Positions 47,641 through 58,259 of a stretch of 64,000 bases of DNA are shown piece by piece. The position numbers were made by a program, and so were the translations under genes. Every line of letters starts with the position of its first letter. Position 1 is the first letter of the stretch. The notes beneath the pieces are model-generated. The model searched no databases, was not told the origin of the DNA, and saw nothing but the letters and a program-made list of their open reading frames with translations. Origin of the DNA: Escherichia coli (lineage in GTDB: Bacteria > Pseudomonadota > Gammaproteobacteria > Enterobacterales > Enterobacteriaceae); assembly GCF_044324875.1 (NCBI RefSeq), contig NZ_CP172185.1. One strand, written 5' to 3'.

Positions 47641-48843
47641 TCAGAAGGTGAACTGCAACTGTGCGACCGCACCGTAAGTGTTGTCCGTGCCGATCAGGCC
47701 TGCCACATCAAGGTGAACCACATCAAACGGTGAGATACCAACCCCGGCCGTGAATGCACTGCCGTTGTTGCTGGCCAGATTCTGGCGGTAACCGGTACGT
47801 AACTGTGCCCATTTCCAGGCATTAAACTCAGCACCAACGGCGGCAAACTGACGTTTGCTGTCTGATGTGAAGCCGCTGGCCGGGGTCAGATCCACATCCA
47901 GTGCCGTGGTGAACATGTCGTTGTGCCATGATACGCCGGTCGTTACCTGCGGACGGATCCTGAAGGTTTCAGTGACACCATGTACCTCTTTGGTCTCAAT
48001 GCTGCGTGGGATCAGGTTTTGTGCGACCAGACCCAGCGTCCAGTTGTCATCCAGGTCCATGCTGGCACCGATATCAGCGTTAATACCGTTTTGGGTGTTG
48101 TGGTAACGGTTACCTTTGAATGCGCTGCTGTCATAGTTTTTGATCAGCGTATTGTAGTTAAACAGGTCAACACGCTGGAATTTTGGTGTGAAGCCCAGTG
48201 ACCATTTTTGTCCGGCCGTTTCCAGTTCAGTGGCCAGCGCAACGCCCACATCGGTGATCAGTGCGGCACGGGCAAAAGCCTGTGAGGTCAGTCTGTTTTT
48301 ATCCACATCCTGGCTGCCACTGTCTGCAATGCTTTCCAGATAGTTCAGGTCGGCATCGCTGACTTTACCGTCGACGCTGACAGTCCCGAACGTTTTCAGC
48401 ATCAGTGCAGCAGCGAGGGTATCACCGGGAAGGGCCGCCACAGCAGATACCCCGGCCTGTGCGCTGGCATGGGTGTTCCGGAAGTCCTGCAGTCTCTCTT
48501 TCAGGCGGGCCGCTGTCTGCGGTACCCCGGAGTGGCTGTCGACGGCACGGTCGAAGGCTTTCCAGTCATCGCTGATTTTGTCGGCGTTGTCGGCGATATT
48601 ACCCGGATCGGACAGCTGCGCACCCACGGACGGAAGCAGAAGACTGAAGTCATCTTTTGCACCGGATTTTGTCAGCAGTGCCGGGTTTGCCAGTGGGGCC
48701 ACACCATAGTGAGAGGAGGCAACCCCCGTTCCTCCCATCGCATCATTGCGGGCTTCAAAATATGACGTTGCTGCAGTCGAATTAAAGGAAAATAAAACGG
48801 CAGACGCGATGAGAGTACGGGTAATATGCTTTTTCATCATCAT
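47641..48843 (-). CDS. outer-membrane beta-barrel protein
   Basis: signal peptide; 400 aa; C-terminal ...QLQFTF aromatic terminus. Confidence 0.45.
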   Translation of the reverse strand: MMMKKHITRTLIASAVLFSFNSTAATSYFEARNDAMGGTGVASSHYGVAPLANPALLTKSGAKDDFSLLLPSVGAQLSDPGNIADNADKISDDWKAFDRAVDSHSGVPQTAARLKERLQDFRNTHASAQAGVSAVAALPGDTLAAALMLKTFGTVSVDGKVSDADLNYLESIADSGSQDVDKNRLTSQAFARAALITDVGVALATELETAGQKWSLGFTPKFQRVDLFNYNTLIKNYDSSAFKGNRYHNTQNGINADIGASMDLDDNWTLGLVAQNLIPRSIETKEVHGVTETFRIRPQVTTGVSWHNDMFTTALDVDLTPASGFTSDSKRQFAAVGAEFNAWKWAQLRTGYRQNLASNNGSAFTAGVGISPFDVVHLDVAGLIGTDNTYGAVAQLQFTF

Positions 48844-48944
48844 TTCAGTTTCCTGTATTGAGGTATTTTGGGTATAACAACAGAGGGCACGGCTGTGCCA
48901 TTAAAAATAGTTGGTGTATTATTCCGGTTTGTTGCTCAGTATTA

Positions 48945-49766
48945 TTACCAGGGGGATAACGGAACCCTGAATAACGCAGTGGGTAATATTTTTCCTGTTA
49001 TCAGATATTCTGCCTGTGCCGGAGTGAGTGTTACGGCGCGAACAGGGATATCCGGAGATATTTTTCGGGCCATCTGAAACCAGCCTTCTTTTTCTATATC
49101 CATTCTGACCGGATATAACGAAAGTACCGGATAAATAATGGTGTTATTAATTTCTTTTTTCTGCCTGAGCAGAACGCCGCAATATTCTCCGGAATGCGTT
49201 CCGGCAAACGGAAAACCATGCCAGAGAATAATGTCCATATTCTCGCGGGCTGAAATAATCCTGCAGAATATCTCCTGTGTGGCTGGCCAGTCTCCCGGAC
49301 GATACAGTGGATAATGCACCCTGCCGTTCAGCCATTCCGGACTGAGATAAAACCAGTCAGCCAGTGCTGCAAGAATCTCCCCGCTCAGATAGTCAGTGAG
49401 TCTGTCCGGCTCCCGGAAGACGGCAGGGCGGATATTCCAGGGGGCCAGTAATGCAGCCATCGTTGTTGCGCTGATATCATGTGCCTGCATGATGTGCTCC
49501 ATCCTGCTGAGAAGACGGCGGACGATGTTATCTGCAGGAAGAAACATTTCACTTAACGCGTCTTCGACCAGGATACGCGTCAGGTCAGAGACGGAAAGAG
49601 AAAGCTGTTCGCTCATGATACCAAGGGCATCCCTGACTCCCTGCGGATAACGAACCTGCAGGGGTGTGGACTGCAGCTGGCGATGACTGAGCAGGCATTC
49701 GCAAATTCGCTCCCTGTCCAGGGAGAGCATCATACGGGCGGCAATACCTGTGCTGTCAGTTTTCAT
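48945..49766 (-). CDS. hypothetical protein
   Basis: 273 aa ORF between OMP gene and rci. Confidence 0.35.
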   Translation of the reverse strand: MKTDSTGIAARMMLSLDRERICECLLSHRQLQSTPLQVRYPQGVRDALGIMSEQLSLSVSDLTRILVEDALSEMFLPADNIVRRLLSRMEHIMQAHDISATTMAALLAPWNIRPAVFREPDRLTDYLSGEILAALADWFYLSPEWLNGRVHYPLYRPGDWPATQEIFCRIISARENMDIILWHGFPFAGTHSGEYCGVLLRQKKEINNTIIYPVLSLYPVRMDIEKEGWFQMARKISPDIPVRAVTLTPAQAEYLITGKILPTALFRVPLSPW

Positions 49767-49978
49767 TTCACCTCCATGCGGGTCAGCGTGTTTTGTTCAT
49801 AAATTGAGTCTAAAGAGAGTGTTTTTTAAACGGAAGCGAGTTATTTCGATCGTTATGATCGAGTGTGTTTCAAGAGTGTTTGCAACTCTGTTTTAAGGGC
49901 GAATGAAAAGGATTCGGACAGGATGACCGTGATTAATTTAACCCGGAAGCAAAAGTTGATTTTCATTCTGATATGCCT

Positions 49979-51103
49979 TCAGTTTGTTAACGGACAAATC
50001 ATGACCCGTTCATCAATGTTTGCGGGTAGCTCGCCTGGCGTGGGAACGCGTTCACCCCGCTGAGCAGCCTGTGCCAGTGTGCGCAGCAACAATACGCTGG
50101 CATGAGATATAGCCAGTTCCCGGGTTTCTGCACGGGTTTCAAGGTCGAAATCGTGCAGTGTCACGACAAACAGCCCGTTTCTGCACCCGACAGTTGCAGG
50201 GTAGGGAACAAAATAAGGTGAAATTTTGCTGGTCTGTTTACGCCTTGCATCGAGTTTGCTGACCAGCTGATATGCCCGGAGATGCGTGTACCGTTTTAAC
50301 ATGTTCAGGGAGCGGTGGCCTGAAATAGCGGCAACTTCAATGACATTCAATGTACCAAGTTCGAAAAATCGGCTGATGGCTTCATGACGGAGATCGTGAA
50401 AATGCAGATTTTCTATTTTCAGGTCCAGAAGTGCGGTACGCCAGGCGCTTTTGAAACCGGATGAGGTGTAACTGAACACATTGCCGTTTATCTGTTGTGG
50501 CAGAATTTGCAGGTAGTTGCGAGCTTTCCGGGAGAGTGGGACATCGCGTGGTAAACCATTTTTCGTTTCAGGAAGATGCGCCACTCCGTGCTGCAAATCG
50601 AGGTGTTCCCAGCGTAATGTGAGAATTTCCCCCTGTCGCATTGCTGTTTCCAGGGCCAGATGGAAGATAACGTAGAGCTGCTGATTTTTATCTCTGAAAT
50701 AGCGGGAGAGTCGGCGTTCTTCGCCAGAAGTCAGGCGACGCTCTCGCCCATTACTGATTTTGGGTTTTCGGACCAGTTCAACAGGATTCATACGGCATGT
50801 CCCCCATTCCACACGGGCGATATTGAATAATGATGATAAAAGAGCAAGTTCAAGACGGACGGTGTTTCCGGTGATTTGACGCCCAGTTCGTGGGTTAATT
50901 TGAGCCAAACGCTGATCCCGGTAACTGGCGATATCAACGGTCGTGATTTCATCCATATAGCGATCGGCCACAGGGTGACGTTTAATCACATTGACGCGAT
51001 AAACCTCCTGCAGATGCCCTTTTTTATGGACGGAAACGGTTTTCAGGTATTTGTCCAGCGCCCGGTTGAGAGTCATTTTGCGAATTTTGATTTTTCGAAA
51101 CAT
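49979..51103 (-). CDS. rci: shufflon-specific tyrosine recombinase Rci
   Basis: 375 aa from ATG 51103 ([23 protein letters not shown]...); [11 protein letters not shown] and RYTHLRAY motifs; table ORF start inside shufflon repeat region trimmed. Confidence 0.75.
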   Translation of the reverse strand: MFRKIKIRKMTLNRALDKYLKTVSVHKKGHLQEVYRVNVIKRHPVADRYMDEITTVDIASYRDQRLAQINPRTGRQITGNTVRLELALLSSLFNIARVEWGTCRMNPVELVRKPKISNGRERRLTSGEERRLSRYFRDKNQQLYVIFHLALETAMRQGEILTLRWEHLDLQHGVAHLPETKNGLPRDVPLSRKARNYLQILPQQINGNVFSYTSSGFKSAWRTALLDLKIENLHFHDLRHEAISRFFELGTLNVIEVAAISGHRSLNMLKRYTHLRAYQLVSKLDARRKQTSKISPYFVPYPATVGCRNGLFVVTLHDFDLETRAETRELAISHASVLLLRTLAQAAQRGERVPTPGELPANIDERVMICPLTN

Positions 51104-51165
51104 ATCGGCCTTCCACGATAAAAACGGGGAAGGTAGGAATAGTGAAACGGAAATGCAATATCGCC

Positions 51166-51184
51166 GTGCCAATCCGGTTTGTGG
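51166..51184 (+). repeat. shufflon crossover repeat R1
   Basis: GTGCCAATCCGGTTTGTGG. Confidence 0.7.
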
Positions 51185-51673
51185 CTTGGAGGCAATAAAG
51201 TGAACTATTCTGCCTGTAAATGGTATGAAGCGACCTCCGCACATTTTATCGGTGGCAGAAGCGGAGGCTCTATTTATTACAAGCCGATTCAGTGCCCTGC
51301 CGGGTACGTCATGACAGGTACAAGAATGTACGGCATCGGAGATGGTGTTGATGAAGAGCACGTCGATGCTTACTGTTGCCCTTTTGGTTAGATTCCGAGG
51401 GCCGGTATTTAATTTTCTCCCGTTGGCTTATTTCTCACAGATTGCTATAGCCTGGAAACAACTCAGGGAGCCAGAGCCAGTAGCAATCCACCGATTGTTT
51501 TTGTAATCAGGGTAACTACCATCTGGTGAGTTGTATCCGTTATGGACCCACTGGGATAACCTGTAGCCGCCGGAGACCAACTTACTCCCCGATGGGCATA
51601 CCGCGTAAGACGATGTCTGAAAGCACCCATTCCCGCCGGATACTGTGAAACGCTCTTTTTTGTCACTGTTTTG

Positions 51674-51692
51674 CCACACACCGGATTGGCAC
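51674..51692 (-). repeat. shufflon crossover repeat R2
   Basis: reverse complement of GTGCCAATCCGGTGTGTGG. Confidence 0.7.
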
Positions 51693-51700
51693 TGGCCTCC

Positions 51701-51719
51701 GTGCCAATCCGGTGTGTGG
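51701..51719 (+). repeat. shufflon crossover repeat R3
   Basis: GTGCCAATCCGGTGTGTGG, 8 bp from R2. Confidence 0.7.
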
Positions 51720-52095
51720 ATTGGCTTTGAATCCTACCCTGTGGGAAGCCCTATCCCATGGCCATCTGCCACTCCTCCACAAGGCTATCTGTTGATGAAC
51801 GGCCAGTCGTTTTCCTGTTCCCGGTATCCTCAGCTTGCCCGTGCTTATCCTGGCTGTAAATTGCCCGATCTGCGCGGTGTTTTTATCCGTGGCTGGGATA
51901 ACGGGAAGGGACTTGATGGTGATCGGAACAGACAACTCCTGAGTTATCAGGCCGATCAATCAGGCGTCTATCACGAACGTGGCGGATGGCTGAAAGGGCA
52001 TCATAGTGGTATGCCATACTGGGCACAGGGGAGTACCACAGAAATGCGTCCCAAAAATATTGCATTCAACTACATTGTTAAAGCCAGCTAGGGAC

Positions 52096-53385
52096 TCACA
52101 TCTGATAGGCATACACAGAGAAAACACCGTTACCACAGGCGTAATTTTGTGGTGGTCTGGAGATGATTTGATATGACGCTCCCACTGGCACGGCAAATGA
52201 AATAAATGCTGTCTTTCCGTAGGAGGGGTTATTGCTGGCATTCATACCAATGAAAGCGCCGTTCACATAGCCCTGAAGATTTGATGTGTTGGCGCAATCA
52301 CCGCCACCGGCACCATTTCCACCGGAAGCGTACACAAACAAAGTTCCTCTGCCGTTATTTCTCCCGTTAAATGTTCCCCGGTGAGAACCCAGATTGCTGT
52401 AACTTCCGTCAGGTGCACCAATCGTTCGCCACACACCGGATTGGCACGAAAGTATTGCCCCTTTACTGTCGCGGCCTACAAGTCCGTCCGGTGAGCAGGA
52501 AGTACCTGCGGTGGCTGTTTTTTCCAGCTGTAAATACTCACCCGTGGAAAGACGCCCCTCAGACCGGACAGTTCCACCACTGACTTTTCCTCCTTTGAGC
52601 TCTCCTTCGGTTGTGATCCCTTTGTTGTTAACAGCACGTATCCATTGGCTGTCCGTCATGGTGAAGCCGCCACCATTTGGATGTAACCAACGATTTGATG
52701 TGACATCGCCTGAAAATCTGGCGTTTTTACCACTGGCTTCATTGATATTGGTGATGCTGTTATTATTCATATCAATGCCAGTATGCATTCTGTTTAAATC
52801 GGGTCTTCCCTGAACGCTGTAGCGGTAAAGCCGATCGCTTTCCTCCAGATCTTTTCCAGCCATTCGCATGGCGATATGCCCCTTGTTGCAGGTAATCTGA
52901 TAATTACTTCCCAGATCGGTCCAGCCGCCAAAGGCACCTGTAACGGAATTATTCTGGAGCATAAAACCACCGAGTCCATTAATCTGGCCCGCTATGCGAC
53001 GTAACCCATCTTCTTTAATATCCTGTCCTCCGGTTGTGCAGGTAAGTGCTTCCAGACGACCGGATAAATTATTTTTTCTGATACCGGTAATATAGCTGTG
53101 TCCAAAGGGGGAGCGGGAAAAACCGTTGTTCAGATATCCCTGCTGAATTAATTCATTTACCGTGATGGTTTTACTGGAAAGTGAGCTGGTTTTATCAGCC
53201 ACATAATTCTTTATTGCATTATTATATTCATCAGCATGTAAAGCCGCACTTTGATAAAGTTGTTCATTCAGCCAGTCTTCAATTTCTGAATAAATCATTG
53301 GCGTGGCGATACCAATTACTATCAGGCCTGCCAGAATTTCAAGCAGAATAAAACCTTTATCGTCATCGTGTCTGAATTTTTTCAC
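52096..53385 (-). CDS. pilV: type IVB minor pilin/adhesin PilV (current shufflon configuration)
   Basis: prepilin-like N-terminus GFILLEILAGLIVIG; C-terminal segment starts at R4. Confidence 0.7.
   Translation of the reverse strand: MKKFRHDDDKGFILLEILAGLIVIGIATPMIYSEIEDWLNEQLYQSAALHADEYNNAIKNYVADKTSSLSSKTITVNELIQQGYLNNGFSRSPFGHSYITGIRKNNLSGRLEALTCTTGGQDIKEDGLRRIAGQINGLGGFMLQNNSVTGAFGGWTDLGSNYQITCNKGHIAMRMAGKDLEESDRLYRYSVQGRPDLNRMHTGIDMNNNSITNINEASGKNARFSGDVTSNRWLHPNGGGFTMTDSQWIRAVNNKGITTEGELKGGKVSGGTVRSEGRLSTGEYLQLEKTATAGTSCSPDGLVGRDSKGAILSCQSGVWRTIGAPDGSYSNLGSHRGTFNGRNNGRGTLFVYASGGNGAGGGDCANTSNLQGYVNGAFIGMNASNNPSYGKTAFISFAVPVGASYQIISRPPQNYACGNGVFSVYAYQM
52429..52447 (-). repeat. shufflon crossover repeat R4, inside pilV
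   Basis: reverse complement of GTGCCAATCCGGTGTGTGG at constant/variable junction. Confidence 0.7.
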
Positions 53386-54032
53386 GTGAATATCTCCGAT
53401 GTGTGGATAACGGAATCAGGGAAGAGGGTCAGCACATACAGGGACCCGCAGAGAAACGGGGCAAACGGCAGCGCCAGCTGGCGTCTGCGACGGCAGAAAA
53501 TGAGGATAAACAGAAATGCTCCGGAGGCTGCGGCGGTGATTATGAGTGGAGTGTGTTGCGGTTGCGTCCACATTGCGATCCCCGCAATCAGGAACACATC
53601 ACCAAGGCCGAGCGCTTCCGTCCCTTTCGCTGCCAGAAAAATGCGTCGTAACAGGTATATCATGCCGAACCACAGTGACGCGTTGAGCAGGGCATGAGCC
53701 AGTGAGTCCTGGCTGTATCTGAACGCTGCGCCCAGAATAATAAGAGAAAGCGTGAATATCCGGGGAAGCCGACAGACAGCAATATCCGTCAGCGTCATTA
53801 CAGTTAATAATCCCGTCAGAATGGAAAGGAATAACAGTCCTGTCGCGTCAACACCATATGCACCGTTGAGGCAAATGCTCAGGACAGCCAGAAGACAACA
53901 GATGCACACCGCAGCGTTGTGTGGGCGGGTATTGTGTACTTCTGATAAATATACTGTGGCGGCGCTGTATGAAAGATACAGAATTGCCGCAAGGACAATC
54001 AGGATAATGCATATCGGGAGTAATTCAGACAC
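53382..54032 (-). CDS. pilU: prepilin peptidase PilU
   Basis: polytopic membrane protein, GLGDV motif. Confidence 0.65.
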   Translation of the reverse strand: MSELLPICIILIVLAAILYLSYSAATVYLSEVHNTRPHNAAVCICCLLAVLSICLNGAYGVDATGLLFLSILTGLLTVMTLTDIAVCRLPRIFTLSLIILGAAFRYSQDSLAHALLNASLWFGMIYLLRRIFLAAKGTEALGLGDVFLIAGIAMWTQPQHTPLIITAAASGAFLFILIFCRRRRQLALPFAPFLCGSLYVLTLFPDSVIHTSEIFT

Positions 54033-54044
54033 AGTTACCTCAGC

Positions 54045-54521
54045 TTAATCTTTTCTGAAATACCGGTTGTGGATTATTCGGGCATATATCATGCGCCGGG
54101 CTGTGTTATTTTTGCTGAATCCTGCGTTGTAACTGCCAAGGCATTCCCAGTTAACGCCGCAGCGTTGAAAATGGCGGGCCAGTATCCAGGCACCGGTATG
54201 AATATTCAGGCAGGGCTTTTTAAGCAGTTCATCCTTGTTTTTAATGACGCCCAGTTTTTTCAGTTCAGGAATATGCACTGAATTAATCTGCATTATTCCG
54301 TAATCCGTACTGATGATTTTTCCGGATTTGTTTTTATTGTGATTTATCGCAGTGGCGACCAGGCCGCTTTCCTGCTGTGCAATGGTTTTCAGAAGCTCAG
54401 GGGCAATCAGGTAACGTTTTCCGGCCTGAATAAAACAGGAATCGAGATGATTATTATTCATCACAGATGCGATTGATGTGTGACTGAATAAAAGCAGGAC
54501 AGAGAGATATAACCATTTCAT
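54045..54521 (-). CDS. pilT: lytic transglycosylase PilT
   Basis: signal peptide; SLT motifs ESG and GIMQIN. Confidence 0.6.
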   Translation of the reverse strand: MKWLYLSVLLLFSHTSIASVMNNNHLDSCFIQAGKRYLIAPELLKTIAQQESGLVATAINHNKNKSGKIISTDYGIMQINSVHIPELKKLGVIKNKDELLKKPCLNIHTGAWILARHFQRCGVNWECLGSYNAGFSKNNTARRMIYARIIHNRYFRKD

Positions 54522-54579
54522 TATGATAATCCCGGCAGTGACAGCATCCTCTGGTATTTAAGGATGCTGTCCGGAAACA

Positions 54580-55116
54580 TTAGCTGTTTGTTTCAAGGGT
54601 GATGTTATTTTTGTCGTTACTACATACTGTTACGGGATCCACAGTAGCCGGGGCGGTATTCATGATTTTGGTAAACATGGATGAACTGCGCAGGCTGTTA
54701 ATGAGTTCCACGCAATTTTCTTTCGGTACATTATTGCTGGTAATCGTATAACCATACTTATCTGCTGTTGCCTTAATGGTGACATCACCGCCCCAGGCAT
54801 TTTTGGCCTTGTTACCACCGGCGATCATATCGGCCGGCAGGGAACCACTCTGCGTCAGCGTTTTGATATAATCACTGCTGGTATATTGTCCCTGGAACTT
54901 GTACTGCTTCATTTTGGTTGCAATAGTCTGCAGGTTTTTCAGTTCGCGCTGGTTATCACTGGATGACATTGTGCTGGACATCTGACTTATTGCGAGAGCT
55001 ACCACAATACCGATGATAATCAGTGCACCGGCAATTTCCAGTAATGTTAAACCTTTATCCTCCTCTTTCTCTTTTTTTAAAGCAAAATAAGAATAAAGAC
55101 ATGATCTGAAGTTCAT
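54580..55116 (-). CDS. pilS: type IVB major pilin PilS
   Basis: prepilin leader then GLTLLEIAGALIIIGIV. Confidence 0.65.
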   Translation of the reverse strand: MNFRSCLYSYFALKKEKEEDKGLTLLEIAGALIIIGIVVALAISQMSSTMSSSDNQRELKNLQTIATKMKQYKFQGQYTSSDYIKTLTQSGSLPADMIAGGNKAKNAWGGDVTIKATADKYGYTITSNNVPKENCVELINSLRSSSMFTKIMNTAPATVDPVTVCSNDKNNITLETNS

Positions 55117-55165
55117 ATATCACTCCTGGTTTATGGGATGTTTCAGAAATATTCTGTATGCGGGA

Positions 55166-56266
55166 TTATTGTTTCAGCATGTCGCTGATACTGTAGATGG
55201 CAGATATCATGTTAAGAATAAAAAAGAAGACAAAACCTCCTGATATACCGGTAATAATTAATCCCATTCGTTTTACCCGTTTTTTTGCCTCTTCCAGCCA
55301 CTGATCGGCATAGAGTGCCATGGTTGCCACTCTGTCCTCCCTTTCGGAGTTCAGGAGCAGTTTATTGATGCATATTCTGGACGGAAAATCGTAACCGGAA
55401 TTTCGCATTGCTGTGGCCAGATTCTGACCGGATAATACATGTTTTCGTATTGCCTGAATTCTCTCCTTTAACCATTTATTCTTTTCTGCACCTTTTTCCA
55501 TTCGGAGCAGCGCCTGCGAAAGAGGAATATTAATCTGCAGCATGGATGAAATACTGAACAGATAATTCACCCCGTGTAAGGTCTGATACAGTGACCAGGG
55601 GGGAGCCTTGTCCAGCATCCTCCGGCCGGGGCCGGTATACCGGCTGAATGAAAAACGGATCAGAAGCGTCAGGGCGAAAATGGTCCCACAGAGCCAGAAT
55701 CCGTACCCGATGAAAAATTCCGACATGCCGGCAAGCAATTTCATCTGGAATGACCATTTATCTTCTGAAGCAAACGCACTGACGATGGGGATGATACGGG
55801 TATGGGCGTTGTACATATTCACCACACAGAGCGAAAGCAGCAGAAGGGGGTAGAGGCAGACGGCAATGAGGCTGGATGTCATTTCCCGCCGGGCTTTAAC
55901 GGTTCTGGCCACCTGGAAAAGGGCGTCGGCAATATTTCCGCGCTCTTCCCCGTTTCTGATTAACGTGGCTTCCTCCGGTGGCACCCAGGTTAACAGGGCA
56001 CCGGATAACATGCCGCTGGCTTTGATGGAATCGATGCATTCTTTTGCCAGAAAATACATGCCGGATGTGCCTTTCTTTTCACCAAAATCGGTTTCGATCT
56101 CGCAGAGAAATTCGAGTGCACGCAGGGACGGCGTTCCGTCACGTATCATGCCGCCCAGGGCTTCGTAGAACTCCACCCGGTTCAGGGCAAAGGTTTTTCT
56201 GGCTATCCAGACAGTCAGTGCTGTCAGCTCAATGTCGGTGTTGTTGAGTTTTTCCAGAAATCTCAT
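55166..56266 (-). CDS. pilR: pilus assembly inner-membrane platform protein PilR (GspF-like)
   Basis: about 366 aa with TM segments; ATG 56266 one nt after pilQ stop. Confidence 0.6.
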   Translation of the reverse strand: MRFLEKLNNTDIELTALTVWIARKTFALNRVEFYEALGGMIRDGTPSLRALEFLCEIETDFGEKKGTSGMYFLAKECIDSIKASGMLSGALLTWVPPEEATLIRNGEERGNIADALFQVARTVKARREMTSSLIAVCLYPLLLLSLCVVNMYNAHTRIIPIVSAFASEDKWSFQMKLLAGMSEFFIGYGFWLCGTIFALTLLIRFSFSRYTGPGRRMLDKAPPWSLYQTLHGVNYLFSISSMLQINIPLSQALLRMEKGAEKNKWLKERIQAIRKHVLSGQNLATAMRNSGYDFPSRICINKLLLNSEREDRVATMALYADQWLEEAKKRVKRMGLIITGISGGFVFFFILNMISAIYSISDMLKQ

Positions 56267-56267
56267 G

Positions 56268-57788
56268 TCAGTGCAGCAGCGTATAGCTGTCCTCGTCGAT
56301 GGGAGAGATGTAATGGGCCGCCAGCGGATCAACCTGCCCGCTGTTGATTTTTCCCAGCAGATGCTGATTTCGTGTCATGCCGCCCAGCTCCCGGTGCCAG
56401 TATGTTCTGGCCTCAATACGCCCCTTTTCCCGGTACAACTGGAAAAAACGGGCATCCGGGGAGATGACTTCTGCGATCACCGTTCGTCCTGTCACGCCAC
56501 GCCAGCAGTGCGGGCAGCCTTCATGATTTCGCAGATATACCTGGTCCGGGTTGCAGACGCTTTCCACCAGGCGCCGTTCATCATCCGTGCGCTCGGTAGC
56601 CACCTCATGCCAGGGGCGACGGCAGTGCGGACATATCAGCTGAACCAGACGCTGGCTCAGCAGGCCAATGAACAGTTGCGGGTCGGCAATCATCCTGGCC
56701 TGTACCCCCTCCATCTCAAGACGTTCGAGGATGTTAATCGGGTCGTTCGCATGGATGGTGGTCAGCATCAGATGCCCGGTCATGGCGGCTTTTATTGCCG
56801 TAATGGCGGAATCGTGGTCACGGATTTCGCCGTTCAGGATCCCGTCAGGGTCAAGACGCAGTGCTGATTTAATGGAGTCCACCCAGCCCTGTGCGGAATC
56901 CATGACGGCAGTCTGAATGGCACCGGGTATACGGCCCTCTGGCGGGGATTCAATGGTGAACAGCCTGCGACGGGGCAGAAGAATACCGCCGGTATTGTTG
57001 AAGCCGTACTGTTCAAGGTATGCCGCAGAGGCGGTTCTCAGCGTGGTGGATTTTCCTGAACCTGTTGGTCCTGAGAGCGTGATAATACCTTCAGGGCGCT
57101 GCAGAATACGGCGCAGGGTGCGCTCCTGCTCAGGGTGGTAGCCCAGCATGCTGAAGGTCGGGATTTGCTGACTGTCATCCTTGATCAGACGGAGCACAGC
57201 ATAGAGGCCGCCCACGCAGGGATAGTGGGAGTAGCGTGCACCAAACAGACCGGCCAGTTTCAGGTACTGCTCTGAAAGACGCGCATCCTGAGGCACCCCG
57301 GGATCAAACTGTGTGCCCTTGATGACGTCGGTCATGCCGGAATAGGTGGCCCCCAGTAATTCGAGGCCTTCTTCTTTCCGGAGGATATCGAGCACTTCCA
57401 GTTCGCCGTGAACCCGGGCTTCCACATAGGTGAAGTCCGTGTTGTCTCGTCCCGGGGTCATATGAAGGTCTGAGGCATCCAGTTGAGCGGCTTTTCTGAT
57501 GTAATCAAGAACTTTTCTTTGTACTGTGTTGATCCCTCCGTCGGATAAAACGCCCGGTGCACGTTCCGTATTATTGCTGTTCAGGGTTGCGATAACGTCA
57601 AGAGTGGTAAAATCGAATTTGCTGATTTTTCCCGGATAGCGGGAGCGTAAGAGCGTCAGGTAACGTTGTACAGAGGTGATGTGCTTCTTCGCCTCGACGA
57701 CTTTCACCCTGATTTTTCCGTCAGCGTCATGCTGAATTGCGACGAAATCACGAATATCTTCAGGAGGCAGTTCGATAGTCTCTGGCAT
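56268..57788 (-). CDS. pilQ: pilus assembly ATPase PilQ (GspE-like)
   Basis: Walker A SGPTGSGKST; C-terminal Cys tetrad CPHC...CPHC. Confidence 0.8.
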   Translation of the reverse strand: MPETIELPPEDIRDFVAIQHDADGKIRVKVVEAKKHITSVQRYLTLLRSRYPGKISKFDFTTLDVIATLNSNNTERAPGVLSDGGINTVQRKVLDYIRKAAQLDASDLHMTPGRDNTDFTYVEARVHGELEVLDILRKEEGLELLGATYSGMTDVIKGTQFDPGVPQDARLSEQYLKLAGLFGARYSHYPCVGGLYAVLRLIKDDSQQIPTFSMLGYHPEQERTLRRILQRPEGIITLSGPTGSGKSTTLRTASAAYLEQYGFNNTGGILLPRRRLFTIESPPEGRIPGAIQTAVMDSAQGWVDSIKSALRLDPDGILNGEIRDHDSAITAIKAAMTGHLMLTTIHANDPINILERLEMEGVQARMIADPQLFIGLLSQRLVQLICPHCRRPWHEVATERTDDERRLVESVCNPDQVYLRNHEGCPHCWRGVTGRTVIAEVISPDARFFQLYREKGRIEARTYWHRELGGMTRNQHLLGKINSGQVDPLAAHYISPIDEDSYTLLH

Positions 57789-57797
57789 GATGGCACC

Positions 57798-58259
57798 TCA
57801 CGGGAGTAGCGTCTGCCTGTTGCCGTTGTATTCCAGAATCACACTGTCCGGTGTGATTTGTTCCACCATGAACAGTGTACCGGGTAATGCCTGTCCGGCC
57901 CTGACATCAGTTTCAGTTCCTCCGGGGAGTATGACGCGTGCTGAAAGCTGTGGCTGAATACCAAAGATTTCTTTCAGACGGGGGGATGAAAATGCCTGTG
58001 AACCGGAGGAGGTGCCAGCCGCATTTTCCGGCTGATGTCCCGTGACAGAACCGGAAACCGGGGAGATACCCTGTTCCAGTGTCCGCAATTCATGACGAAT
58101 TTTTTCTCTTGCCAGCATCGCTTCATACAGGGCGGTTTCTTCCTGAATCTGCTCAATCTGCAGTTGTTTGTTCTGTGACGCGTCATTTTCGTTGCCGGCC
58201 ACTGCCATTGCCGGTAACAGCAGGGCTGCAATCAGCAGCGCTTTTGTTTTATCGTGCAT
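57798..58259 (-). CDS. pilP: pilus assembly protein PilP
   Basis: signal peptide MHDKTKALLIAALLLPAMAVA; table ORF trimmed. Confidence 0.45.
   Translation of the reverse strand: MHDKTKALLIAALLLPAMAVAGNENDASQNKQLQIEQIQEETALYEAMLAREKIRHELRTLEQGISPVSGSVTGHQPENAAGTSSGSQAFSSPRLKEIFGIQPQLSARVILPGGTETDVRAGQALPGTLFMVEQITPDSVILEYNGNRQTLLP

Larger units (their letters stand above)
51166..52447. other. shufflon: multiple-inversion region with four alternative PilV C-terminal segments
   Basis: four 19-bp repeats in alternating orientation, each abutting an ORF reading away from it. Confidence 0.7.

Noticed and set aside
49979-51361. Extended 460-aa version of the rci ORF
   Set aside because: The upstream extension overlaps the shufflon and repeat R1; recombinase homology begins at the ATG at 51103.
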